Source: the human T2T-CHM13v2.0 reference genome, Homo sapiens
NCBI RefSeq assembly: GCF_009914755.1
Contig: NC_060939.1
Reading direction: 5' to 3' (one strand)
Length of the DNA: 64,000 nt
Shown here one piece after another: positions 1-12,857 of this stretch. The position numbers were made by a program, and so were the translations under genes. The first letter of the stretch is position 1; every line of letters starts with the position of its first letter. Under the pieces are notes generated by a model. It had not been told where the DNA came from, did no database searches, and saw only the letters and a program-made list of their open reading frames with translations.

Positions 1-1719
1 TAAGTCTGCATCTCCCCTGGGCCCTGATACCATCAGCGGTTAAGAGGCATGTCTGATTTCATTACAAATCTCCCATTCCTGGGGCTTAGAGCTCAGCCTC
101 CAGGCTCACAGGTGTGGGAGGAGAGTGGGCCACAGCAAGGGCATTTTGCTTTTAATTGTGGCCATTAATCTGGCCCCAACAGCTGGTCTATCCTGCAGGA
201 GAGGGAAGGGGAAGGGTGACAGGAAACTTGTCAATTGGGAACCAGTTAACCCCACTGCTGCTTTGCCCTCTAGCAGGCTGGGAGAAGAGGGAAAAGCTTC
301 TTAATTCTGCTTTTCAGGGCCTACTTTCCTGGCCTCCTTGAGAAGGATCTCGGTTTGCTTCCTCCATGTTTTTTTTTTGTGGGAGTCTCCTGGAGCCAGT
401 AGATGACAAGCTCCCAAGCCATGTTCCATTTATTTTCCCAGAGACAGGGCCACTGTGGTGTGTAGTGACAGCTTGCCTAGTGCCAGCCCCTGCCCCAAAG
501 TCAGGGCATGTTCCAGTGGGAAGGGTGGGGTGAGAATGTCCCAGGGGCTGGATAAGCATCTGGAACAGCCTGATGAAGGATAGGACAGAGTGGGCAGAGG
601 TCCCAGAGCCACACAAGGCAGAGCTAGAGAGAAGGCCAGCTGTGGCCACAAAATGGGAGAGGGACCATATGTGTCGGGGGGGGGTGGGGGGGGTGTGTGT
701 GTGCGCGCACACACACGCACATGCGGTGGGGAGGGTGAATTTCTTCCCTTCTCTAGCCATCCACAGTCTTCAGCTGGAGCTACCCAGGGGTGGGCTCTGG
801 TGGGCTCTGGCAGGCTCTGGGCGAGTCAGAGGCATAAGCCTGCCCTGGGAGCTCTCCAGCATCAGAAAAGTGCCCAGTGGCACAGAAGGGCAGAGTGGGG
901 CCAGATACTCATAGGAAGCACCCAAAGGGCAGGGGGTAGGGAGAAGTCTGATGGGGTTGGGGAGGAGGTGGGCTAGACTGAGGCCTTGAAGGGTGAATAT
1001 GGTCCTGCCAGAGATAGTGGGGGCATGTGGACGGGAAAGAATGTGCCTCTGGGGTTCCTAGCAAACTAGGGATTTGCAGAGAAAGGGTTCCTATTGAAGA
1101 AAGAAGCTCTATAAGCAGTGAGCTTGCTTCTTGGGTGGCAGAGCCTGGGAGCCAATTTCTAGGGTTAGTGGCTGCCCCTGTGAAGACACTTTTCTGTGTC
1201 CTGTGTCCTCGAGAGAACCAGGAGCAAGGCCCAGGCAGCCTTAATCACAGCAGCCATCAACTACCATGTGCCCGAAGTCCTACACATGTGGCTTTCCGGA
1301 TACTCCATGGCAGCCCTGGCAGGGGTGATGCAGACCTGGTCAGTTCCTGAGGCCTGGAGAGGGAAAGGACTTGCCCAGGATCACACAGGGAGGCAGCGGG
1401 TTTGAACCAGGCCCTTCTTGCTATACTGTGGGATCTGCAAAAAAGCAGCCCAGCCTGGACTCCTCGCCTACTCCCACTGGAGAGCAGGGGCCCTGGGCAT
1501 GGATGAGAAAGGGACAAGCTGCCAAGGTCCAAGGCCCCCATGCTTCTGGGGAATGATGTTTGGTGCTGGAAGGCCTTTTGATTTTTCAAAGGAAAACCTA
1601 GACTCTTGTTGCCTGTTACAATGGATAATTTGGGGTAAAGAGTCAAGCAAGCCCTATTTGAATGTGGAGCACACATCAACTTGGGGTAGATCAGAGAGGC
1701 CCTAGCTAGCCTGGGAGAG

Positions 1720-1905
1720 CGACCGCGCTGCTACTTCCTTGGCGTGGTGACCTTGGGTGGGTCATTGTCCATCTCCATGCTCAGGTTTCCTCCCTGGTGA
1801 CATGGAGTAGGAAAAGAAGCCCCCTTGCAGGATTGTCCTGAAGATAAAGTTCATCATGCATCACATGTAATGGTATCTGGCCTAAGGAAGTGGCTCAGTG
1901 TGAGC
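1720..1905 (+). mobile_element. MIR
   Basis: gtgaccttggg...ctcaggtttcctc...gattgtcctgaagataaa core. Confidence 0.6.
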
Positions 1906-2059
1906 TGTCACTGCTACTGCAAGTCTTGTCACCTTGCAGCACCATTCAGGCGAACACAAGCCATTTAGTTGCCAAAGAACTTGTCTGAGAGGGCATCACC
2001 CTTCCTTTATCCTCACCTGCTCTCTCTTGGGGCCTCCTTGGGAGGCCTGACCCTCTGGG

Positions 2060-2650
2060 AAGCTGGGAACTGTTGACTCTACCTCCTAAATATTTCTAGA
2101 ATCGGCCCCTGCTCTTCCATCTCCATGGCAGTGAGCTGGGCTAGGGGCGCCCAGCCTGTCTCCCCTGGTTCTTTCTACCCCTCATTTCTCACTGTGGTCT
2201 CTCCTCCACTTCTACAGCCTGAGACATTGTTCCTACAGTGCAAATCTGAGCATGTCCTGCCTCTGCTGAGGGCTTCCTGTGGCTCTTACATGTTTGCCAG
2301 CATGTGCCAGAATGAACTTGGCTTTGCATATACTGTTGCCTCTGTCTGGAATAACGTTCTCCACACTTTGTCCTCCTGGGGAACTCCTATTCATCCTTCA
2401 AAACCCAGTGCAGACTCATCCCCTCTCAGAAGGCTTCCCAGACTGCCCTTCCTATCCACAAGTCAAGGTAACATGCCTGGCCCCTCACACTGTCTTCTAT
2501 GTTGTATGGATCCCTCTGGTTGTTTCAGTTTACACATCATGGCTGTCACTATTTTGCAACCTCCTTGAGGACCTTGGACCTACCTCTGCCCTCTCACATA
2601 GCCAAGGGTCTGGCTCATGTCAGTGCTGGTTGACCCAAACTGAATTTGAT
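2060..2650 (+). mobile_element. L2 fragment
   Basis: L2-like motifs (ctacctcctaaatatttct, gcaaatctgagcatgtc, cctattcatccttcaaaaccca). Confidence 0.6.
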
Positions 2651-4399
2651 ACTAGTCAGAGATGCTGGGGGATGTAGGTGTTACTGTCCCAGGGCCACAC
2701 TGTGCGGCCTTGGGCATGCCCTCTCCCTCTCTGGGCTGCAGCTGCAGCATCTCTACAATGAGGAAGCTGCCAGGGTCTGTTGGCTGTTCTGAGTTTCAGT
2801 ACCTACCCAAGTCCTGCCTGCCTGCTCCAGGGATGGACGAAAAGCTCGGGAGTTTTGGCTGCCTTGCAGACCACCTGCCTCTCAGGTCAGTCACACCTGT
2901 GGGAACCAACAGCATCACTCCCCAAGGTGACTAGTATCCTTGAGATAAAGGCATGTTTGTAGAACTTAAAACTTCTTTCTTTTCCCAAGAGAAATGGAGA
3001 AACTTCATCAAGCCAAGATGGAGAACTGGGTCACGCCCCAATGATGCCAAGCAGAGGCTGCCACTTGGCTCTGTGAGCGAAGCAGACTACTAAATTTCAG
3101 ATATAAGAAATAATCTGCTCCCTGCATTCGCCTGATCACTTTATTAGCTGAAAAGATAAATTTAAACCACAGACTCATAGCAAAAAGAAATAAGTCCACA
3201 TTCACCTCCTAATTAAACTGAGAGAAGCCAGCTACATCCAAGGACACTCGGCCCACTCAATTAATTAACATCTATTACAATCAGAAAACAATCTAATTCA
3301 ATTAAAATGTTTCCACAAAAGGAGTTTAATGACTTTCCCCAAAATAAAGTACATTCAACTGAAGCATTTATTATGCAAGGCAGTGTCATGAGGGGAGCTG
3401 AAATGAGGGCTCTGATGTGGGCAGCAGGCTCCGAGGAAGGGTGAGGGCCTGGGCCAGCCCCTTGCTGAGGGAGGGAGGGGGTGCTTCGGGACACAGACAC
3501 CCTCTAAAGAGCACACCGGCCCAGAGCTAGAGGGGCCCTCAACAGCTGCTTTCATCCTCACCCCCCACTTCCCATCGCAGCCCTGTCCCTTGTCAGTTTA
3601 CCACTGTGCCTGACTCTCCCCCAATAAAGGGTCCAGGTTGTGTAGGGAGGAAGGCAGGCTTGGATTCAGAGGCATGGACCCATTTCTGCCTCTGATGTGC
3701 TATGTCACCATCGGCAGGTAGGAGGTGTTCAGAGAAACGACTGTTAACCAGGCTTTCTGAAATTCAGCCAGGAGATATTTGGAAAGCTGGAGAAATTGCC
3801 ACTCAAAAGCTGCAAGCAGTTTTCTGATTCTTACGAGGCCGAGATTTGAATTCACAGTATCTTTGTTCAGCAAAAATCCCCCGATGAGTCCTTGGTTATA
3901 AAAACAGAAAGTAAATACCCACTCAGAGTTTGCCTTTTTGATCAACAATATTTGAGCACTTACTATTGCCTGGCAGTGGACTAAATACACTTGCTAGACT
4001 GTGTCCTTTCATCCTGACAATGACCCTGTGAGGTAGGAATCCCCATCAAAACCAAGGCTCAGAGAATGGCTGAGGACACAGTTTGTCAGAGGTGGAACCT
4101 GGAGCTAAATCCAGATTCAGGCAGAGAGGCCCCTTACAAGCTCAGAATAGCTGAAGGACCCTGGGGAGGAGGGGGTCTTGGAGTCACTGGACTTGGGTGG
4201 TCTTTCCTTTTGAAAAGCTCCCCTGGTGACTCTGTCACTTTGACCTTGGAGATCTGAAATCTCTATTACCCACCACCATGCTGACTACTGGGGTCAGCCC
4301 TTGCCCAACACCCCAGGACAGGATGAATCAAGCCCCTTTCCATCCAATTCAATTGCACCAACATTGACTGAACTGTATACCCTGTCACCAGCATGGAGT

Positions 4400-6100
4400 A
4401 TAAGCTTTAAAAAAAAAGCTTTGTTAATTTGATAGGTGGAAAATGAGATGCCAACAATATGATCTTAATTTAAAAAGAAAAAGGCAGAGTAAACAACAGT
4501 TGCAGGATATACAGTAAATGTTAATGGTGGTCATTTCTAGATGGTGACCTAGTGGGTCAATTTTACCTTCCACATTTTCTACTGTAAACAGGCATTATTT
4601 TTATAATCAATCAGAAAAAGCTGTTAAAATTTTTTTTTAGATATGCCACCTTAGGTTATTTCTCTTGTTTCTAGAAAGCTTAAACATTTGGGTTCTTCTG
4701 TGACTTCTCTGTTCTCATCTATTAGTGTTTTATGTTCCTAATGATTTGTATCAGCTCTTTATAACTCAGAATTTTAATCCTATGTCTGTTATATGTGTTG
4801 AAATCTTTTTTCTGGGTTATTTACTTTTCAATTTTGTTTCTGCTGTTTTCCATGGACAAAGGTTTATCACCTTTAGTCAAACCTATTGATCTTTCCCTTT
4901 CAGACACCTTCCACCGTCTCTTAGCTTACAAAGTCCTTTCTCAACAAGAGATAAAACATGCATTGACTTGGCATTCTTCTAGTTCTTGAGATTTTTCTTT
5001 CCTTTGTGGCATGTAACTCTGTTTGATCTGTTTGGATTTGTATTAGCTTATAGTATGAAGATTAATATTTTCCAAATAGCTAACCAATTGTACCAGCACA
5101 TTGGATAAACTTCCTTCCCTTCTCATATAGTGATGTCTTACTTATCCTATATTACATATACTAGTTTCATACTGATACTATTTTTAGGTTACCTATTCTA
5201 TTACATTGATCTGTTTTTTCTTGTACCTGTATCACACTGTTTTATTGATCATAGCTTTTTCATATGCTCAATTATGCCTTCAATTTCAAAAATTTCTGGG
5301 TTTTTCATGTATTCGTTCCTCCAACTGACTCTGAAAACCATTTTGTAAAGTTTTTCACTCCAGAAAAAAAACCCATTGAGATTTAAAATTCAAATTTCAC
5401 TAAAATTTGAGACAACCTGATAGTTCATCTCTGTATCTGTGCATCTTTTATACTTCTCAGTAGTTTCTCATATTTTGTTGTTTAGTCATCCCTATGTGAC
5501 TGAACGCCTGAAGAAGTGGAAATAATAATAATAAAATTTGTATATATGTATGTTATGTAATGCTATTATTTTTAGTGCGAGAAGCTACCTTTTAAGAAAT
5601 ACTTTGTCCATGATTTTTTTGTTTTTGTTTTTGTTTTTGTTTTGAGACAGGATCTCACTTTGTTCCCCAGGCTGGAGTGCAGTTCACGGCTCACTGTGGC
5701 CTCGACCTCCTGGGCTCGAGTGATCCTCCCTCCTCAGCTTCCTGAATAGCTGGGACCACAGGTGTATGCTACCACACCTGGCTAATTTTTGTATTTTTTT
5801 GTAGAGATGGAGTTTCAACATGTTGCCCAGGCTGGTCTAACTTTTGAGCTCAAGTGATCCTCCCAAAGTGCTGGGATTATATGCGTGAGCCACCACACCT
5901 GGCCAATGATATATATTGTTAAGTAAGAAAAGCAATTTGCAGAGTATTGTACACAATAAGATCTAATTTTTGTAAGAGAGTGGAACCCTACAGCTATATG
6001 CGTATGTCTTGTATATATTTGCTCAAGCATGGAGCTCTTAGGGGTTGAGGACTTTACAACCCTGATTTACCATGACAGGGTGGGAGTGGAGGGGGTAGGT
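4400..6100. mobile_element. Highly decayed L1M/L1ME fragments around the AluJ
   Basis: T-rich sequence with remnants such as tttccaaatagctaaccaattgtaccagcac and cttgtacctgtatcacactgtttt. Boundaries approximate. Confidence 0.55.
5614..5904 (-). mobile_element. Alu (AluJ-like)
   Basis: Dimeric Alu with (GTTTTT)n tail and J-type diagnostic sequence. Confidence 0.92.
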
Positions 6101-6569
6101 GAATGGAAAGCAGATTATTAACCAAAAAGAAAGAAAAAGACAAAAAGGAAAAGAAGGTTGTCAGTTGCTCTGTGGCAGCTGTTGGCCACTTAGTTGCCTT
6201 TGTGGTTCCAGAAGCAGTCCTGGGAGGCCCCTCTGTAGGGAAGATGGAGAGCAAACAGGCAAGTCTGCTCAGGGGCCTTGAGAGGAAATGTCTCAAAGAC
6301 GGCCAGTGCTAATGCCTTGTGTTGGCCTGGCGATCCCATAGGAGTTCAGTGAAGGTCTGACAGGGAAAGGTGCTGGCCCTACAGGGAAGCTACAGATCTG
6401 ACTGCTCAGCCTAGCCAGCGCTTTCTTCTCACTCACACTCTCTGCCCACATCAGGAAGCACTCCTTGGCTACCCCAGTCTGTCACAATTGGAGCAAACAC
6501 CCATAGGCCTGGGCCTATCCGCTGGCACAAAAACAAGCCAATAGACAAAGACTCGTATGGTGGTGGGGA

Positions 6570-6730
6570 GAACTGGCTTCAAGCCTAGGTTTGAATCTCA
6601 GCTCTACCACTTACCAGCTATGCAGCTTTAGGCAAGTTTCTTACCCACTCTGAGTTTCCTCATCTGTAAAATGGCTGTAGTGGAGAGCAAATGAGGTTAA
6701 TGTGTGGGAAAGCCTGGACCAGGGCCTGGC
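6570..6730 (+). mobile_element. MIR
   Basis: ggtttgaatctcagctctaccacttaccagct...agtttcctcatctgtaaaatgg. Confidence 0.8.
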
Positions 6731-7789
6731 CCAGTGGAGCAGCCAGGGGTGGTTCTCTTCCTCCTCTCTTCCTGTTAGTTGAGTCAGACACCAAGGACAG
6801 CAGGCAGAGCAGCTAAAGCCATGGCCTCCCTGGAGGAGCTCACGAGAAGGGAGGTGCACACACACAGACACACACACACACCAGGCCAGGAGCTGAAGCT
6901 GGGGAGTGAGTTGGTGATTTCAGATGGCTATCATCCCAAAAGCTTCTTGGCTGAATGGGGCCCTGAAGAACAGAGAGAAAAAGAACAGGAACGATGCGGG
7001 TGCAGAGAATTTCAATGCATGTCTCCCAGGCCAGCCTGGAGAGTGGAGCTGCTGCAACATCTGGTCAGCAATAAGCATGAGAGGTGGAGGACACAGACTC
7101 AGCAATTGGATTTTTCTTCTTTGGACACCAAGAAGCCACTGATGATACTGGGGTGACAGCTAGAGAGTGAGGGAGGACTGTCCCTCACTCCAGGAAGCTG
7201 GGAGGTGGAGTACGGTTGCTGGATGACAAATCGTAGTTCCCTTACTAAGGATCTGGGGCAAACAAACCCTCTCTGACTTGTTTTCACAAGGGTAAAATGG
7301 GGATAATTCTAGAAACCACCTCACCAGATTGTGAAGATAAAATTAAGCTGTTAAGCTAGTTCATGGGAAAGCACCCCCAGGGCTGGCTTTCTAGAGACAG
7401 ACTCCTTCACCCTGGAAGAGGAGCATCTCAGCTCTTCAAGGCATTCAACTTTGCCCCTCCCTGGGGGGCCTGGTGACTTTATCCCTCCACATTCTCTTTA
7501 CCTGAGGTACAATTTGCCTCCCATCCCCCAACCCTGGGCAAAGATGAACCATAGGCTTGGAGTTTTTTGCTCTATCTTTGACTCCAGCTCAAGTGTGGGC
7601 TGGTGAGCATTGGGTGGTCCTGGTGGGGAAAACCCAAGTCCCTATACCCCCCACTTCCTGCATGAGAGTTACTTCTCTAGAGGACCCTGGTCCTTATAAT
7701 TGCAGATTCCTCAGAAGCCCTCACAGCATTATCACTCAGCTTTCTGGTTGCTTCCATGCAGCTCCCAGAGGGCAAGGGAGCCATTAGTT

Positions 7790-7831
<42 letters not shown>

Positions 7832-7842
7832 CGCGCACATAC
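7790..7842. repeat. (TG)n microsatellite with (CG) extension
   Basis: About 16 TG units followed by cgcgcgtgcgcgcacatac. Confidence 0.95.
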
Positions 7843-8599
7843 CTGTACAGAGGTTTATCTGGGATCTCAAGGAAGTCAGTTTGTGTCCAAAAAGCCTATT
7901 TCCTTTTAGAGGTTTGCAAATTTGAGAGAACTGGATCTTGGCAACAAATTCCCTCCTACCCCCCCACCCAGTGTGAAATCCAGTTTTTAAGTTTCAGCTG
8001 TAATTGCCTTGAGCTGCTCTTAACAACAACTTGTGATCTGCCAACTGCAGTTCTTGGCTCCTATGGCACTAATGAAGTTCTTTCCCTTGTAGAAGAGAGT
8101 GCGAACTCACTTATAAGGAAGCATAATTTGCTAGGCCTTGGAGAGGAGGCAAAGAGTTCCTGGAGCAGAAGGTACACACTTACAACCCCAGGCAATGGAG
8201 AGCTCCCCACACCAATTCACTCCGGGCAGGAAAGAAATCAAGATTCTCTGTGGCTTAGGTTGAAAGACAACACTCTGCAGGCATGGAGCTGCCAAAGGCC
8301 CCATCCAACTGTCAGTGGCCCATCACCTCCGGACAACCCAGAGTCAGACAGGATGGCATCACTGAGGACCACTAATGGAATTCTCAGGAATGAATCCCAC
8401 GCTGGGTGATGTGATGGGGAAGGGGAATAGGATAATTTATCTCCAGGCTCTCCAGTTACACCAAAGGACAAAGTGATCCCACTGAAGAATAGAAACTTAG
8501 TGTTTTTTCTGGCCTTGTTCCACCTCACCTGGAGTCTGGCTTGGGCAATCCTGAACTGGTCCCACCATCCACTGGCCTGTATCCTTTCAGGGCTCCAGG

Positions 8600-9517
8600 T
8601 GTTTCTGGACCAAACTGGGGGTCAGGCTGCTTATTTTTGCGGCCCAGTAACGAGATGCAGATGAACCGGGAGAGAAGGGAGTTTTTATTTCTGTAACCAG
8701 TTACAGGGAGAAGGCCTCGAAGTTATTGCCAGATCAACTCAAAATTACGGTTTCCCACATCTTATATACCTTCTAAGCTATATGTCTACGTGTAAGTGTG
8801 CATTCATCTAAAGACATAAGTGACTATTTATTTATTTATTTATTTTGAGATGGAGTCTTGTTCTGTCACCCAGGCTGCAGTGCAGTGGAGCAATCTCGGC
8901 TCACTGCAAACTCCACCTCCTGGGTTCACGCCATTCTCCTGCCCCACCCTCCTGAGTAGCTGGGACTACAGGTGCCCACCACCAAGCCCGGCTAACTTTT
9001 TTGTGTTTTTAGTAGAGACAGGGTTTCACCGTGTTAGCCAGGATGGTCTCGATCTCCTGACCTCGTGATCCGCCCACCTCGGCCTCCCAAAGTGCTGGGA
9101 TTACAGGTGTGAGCCACCACATCCGGCCAACTTCTTTCAATCTATAACTAAGGTCTGAGTCTTGAAGACCTTCCTCTGGAGCCTCAGTAAGTTTACTTAA
9201 TCTAAATGGGTCCAAGTGCTGGGGTGATTACCCTTAATCTTGTCTCCTGCTAAATCATGGAGGTATGGGGAGTTCCTTCAGACCCCCGATAAACTTGTTT
9301 AATCCTAAACAGGTCCTGTTAAGAATTCCTTCGCTATTTTGTCATGCTTCAAGGCCCAGGAAAGGTCTAGGCAAAACTCCCAGTGGAGCTTTTGTTACAC
9401 TTCAGCCTTCGTATAAGGGCAGTGGCCCCTTCAGCTTTTAATATTTAATTTAATCACTCAGTCAGTACTGAATCAGTTGTTATGGAGTCCTGCGTTAGTG
9501 AGACCTGGCCTGGCACA
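8600..9517 (-). mobile_element. ERV1-class solo LTR (possibly PABL family), interrupted by AluY
   Basis: TG...CA termini with a 4-bp TSD CAGG (8596-8599, 9518-9521) and an internal AATAAA on the minus strand at 8684-8689. About 610 bp without the Alu. The family name is from recall only. Confidence 0.75.
8825..9128 (-). mobile_element. Alu (AluY-like) inside the solo LTR
   Basis: ttcacgccattctcc and ccgtgttagccaggatggtctcgatctcc diagnostics, with (TTTA)n tail. Confidence 0.95.
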
Positions 9518-10599
9518 CAGGGTGACCACTCAGGCCAGCAGAGCTTCACACAGCAGCCCGGTCCTGGTACGCTCTGTTTCTGTGACCTCCCAACCCCAAC
9601 TGCCTACTTTTTTCTTTGCTTCCTTTCCCCCAGAAGCCAGTGTGTTGTGCTGACAACTAGAAGGGAAGTTCTCTAGGCTCTTCTCCAGCAAGCAGGCTAC
9701 ACAGCTGCAGCAGGCAGGGCCTGTGTCCCTGGGGATTGTCTGGTCAGGCTTGCTGTTGACCCTTCCTCCTGGGCCCAGGCAACACACAGAGAGCTTTTGG
9801 GTCCACACCAACATGGGTTCTGTTATGTTGCTCCTCAGCAACATAAACCTCAAGTCTGGCAGCCACTCTTCTGGGGTATGCCTTAAAAACAGCATCTGCA
9901 AATTCCAGAGTGCTTGCTAGTGGAGAAGAGCAGAGACACCGGGTTGGAGACAGTGTCCACTGTAAAGGGTTTGGTGCTCTAAAATCTGCTCTAAATTTAG
10001 GATCTACATGTTTGCCTTTTCATCTATTCTCCTCTCATAATGCGGCAGTTGTTGCTACCACTGCTGACTCTTCCTGCTTAAGCCAGGAGGCCTCCTCTGC
10101 GCTGCTGAAGTGTCCACACATTAGCTTGTCTGCCTTTGTGAGGCCCCTGTGTATCACTGTGTCAAAGGCATGCGAATCTTGCAGATGATGCAGTACCAGG
10201 CCCTGTCCCCGCTCATATTACCTGAATAGCTCTGATTTCCACGGAGAGGGTCAGCCAGAGCCAGCTAACCAAGCCTCTCAACATGCAGTACAAACCCAGG
10301 AAGCCTGCAGGTGACTGCTCACCAGAGGGCGATCTCACACAGCAAACCTGCAGCCTTCTGAGGTCTGGGAAAAGCAGAATGCCTTTGCTTTCTCTTTGGG
10401 GCCTGATTTCCTCAGATTAGACAGGGAATAAAGAGAAATATAATCCATGTCAGCAGGGGATGAGGACCCAGAGTGCAGAAGACACACAGGCTGAAAGCCA
10501 TCATTTCCTGCGTTATGGACAGGGCACCTACCCTGGGGGGACAAGACATAACCATGTCTGCAACCAAACCCTCCCCAGCATGTCAGTGTGGAAGAGTCG

Positions 10600-10656
10600 C
10601 CAAAAGGACAAGCATTTGTCTGTTTTTTAGTGTGTATTAAAATGAATTTATTTACA
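10600..10656 (-). terminator. Main PEAK1 polyadenylation signal
   Basis: The minus strand reads tgTGTAAATAAAttcattttaatacacacta...tgcttgtccttttg: UGUA, AATAAA (10647-10652), CA dinucleotides 15-20 nt downstream, then a GU/U-rich element. Confidence 0.75.
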
Positions 10657-12545
10657 CAGTAACATGATGCCACGGAGTACACAGCAAAGTACCACAGCAA
10701 ACCAAAGGGTGGCACCACTGCTGGCAGAGAGGACCTTTCAATGATAGATTTATACAACTTTACAATATGTAAGTAGAGGGGTGAAGCTCCGGAAAGAGCA
10801 AAAACAAGATTTTCAAATACAGAGTGTGGGCAGGGCCAGAGAGAATTAAAGAGAGATTGGAATGAGGACTGTCATGATTCAAATCACCAAGTAGAATGAA
10901 ATCTTGCTTCTGTATTTGCCTCATGCCAAAATGCCCTGCATATCCTCAACAGAAAATCCCAACCCAGTGTGTTCATACATCACACTCTTTAGTTCTAACT
11001 GGTAAAGGAAGGGATAACCAAGTAGTATTTGGAGCAAGTTCCTGAAACAGTGTGGTTTAACCTTTCAAAAATGAACCCTATGTCTGGTTCAACATTCAAG
11101 TTATCATGAGTGCGGACACACACATACTATCCACACACTAACGGGCAAAGTGGGTTTTCTGTACTACAACAATATTCGTAGCAAAATATATGACTCTGTA
11201 CTTCTGCTAGGTTAAAAAATGTCCGACCTCTTTTGATTCCCTGAAACTTTCTTGATTTAAAAAACAAAACCAAACCAAACCAAACCATGGGGGTGAATGG
11301 GACACGTCAAGATAAAAAGCTGGAATAAACCCAGAGACTTTCTGGAGTGGGAAACATGTAATGGGATGTTGGGAATGCAGGCCCTTGCAGCCCACCTAGG
11401 TGGGGAAAGCTTCTAGCAGTGGTTGATGCAAAAATCTATTCTAATTTTAAACAGTTGCAGGGAGGGGGTGTTTAACGGCTGTATAGCACCTTGTACCTTC
11501 TGGGCACTTACAGATATTAAATGATGGTGATGATGAATGGTACACAACTCTGTAGGAAGGTTTATAAAAACAATTACAATTTGTTAAGAAATTTCCCAAG
11601 AGTTCTTTAAACAAACCTATTTAAACTACCATATCTCTTTAAAAAAATCTTCCGCTCTCAGTATTATATGATGTTCTCAAGCTGAGGTTTGGGCAATAGC
11701 CACAGTCATGTCAAGGGGACATGGAAGAGATCCTTCTCCTTAAATACTGAGGAACTTTGTATCTGCCAGGGCTTTCTTCATCTTCATCATCATCATCATC
11801 TTCTAATATACAAAATGGACTTCTTTTTAAAAAGGTGCTTTTCTGAGGATGGATTTATCAGCTAAATGCCTTGACATGGAATGTATGTGAACTCCCCTCC
11901 CACAGCATCTGTCACAGCTCACCCTCATCATCTTAGAAGCATCAGGATAAAAAGGCTTGATTTCTTTGGTATAATCTCTCCCAGGATCTTGCACTGCAAC
12001 TCTTCTGGCTTCCCTTATGGCACCGTTTTTGGTCCATGGAATCCCCACTTTTGGCACTGCTGTAAGCACGGACAGCTGGACTTCAGTGCGCACTTCAGCA
12101 AGAGCAGCACTTGGATTTGTCTCGGCACAGCACTTTGGGCCTTTGAGAATATGAGCTTCGATGACATAAAGCTAATAACTTGGTTTTGTGGGCAGCCATC
12201 CTGTTCACTCATTAGGCTGGAGCGGAATTTTCAATCCTTGTCAACTAGTGAGGAGAATGAAAAACATGCCAGGGTTGGCCCAGCAAGTCCAGTTTGTCTC
12301 ACCCCTCTCCAAGAATGTTCATACTATATTTACACATCTAGAATCATTTGAAATATAGTGTAGTATCCTAAATCCATCTCTATTTCTGTGACTAGCCTGT
12401 ACTTTTTCAGATCACTGCTGGTAAAATCTAGAAGAAATCCTAATTGCAGTCAAATCTAGCGAAAACCCTAATTCCAGCAAAACCAAATGTCAGGTTACTT
12501 CCCTGAACCAAAGTATTCATAACTCAAAATTGAGACGCTTAGTAG

Positions 12546-12857
<312 letters not shown>

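Noticed and set aside
156-2962. Cluster of overlapping ORFs at the window start
   Set aside because: GC-rich intergenic sequence with MIR/L2 remnants, no coherent exon structure and no recognisable protein.
7756-8409. 217-aa plus-strand ORF
   Set aside because: It runs through a (TG)n microsatellite (VCVCVC), has no recognisable domain and no supporting splice or promoter context.
11827-12351. Overlapping ORFs (156 aa plus, 88 aa minus) in the 3'UTR that look superficially coding
   Set aside because: No homology I can recognise, and lengths are within chance. PhyloCSF or Ribo-seq would be needed to revive them.
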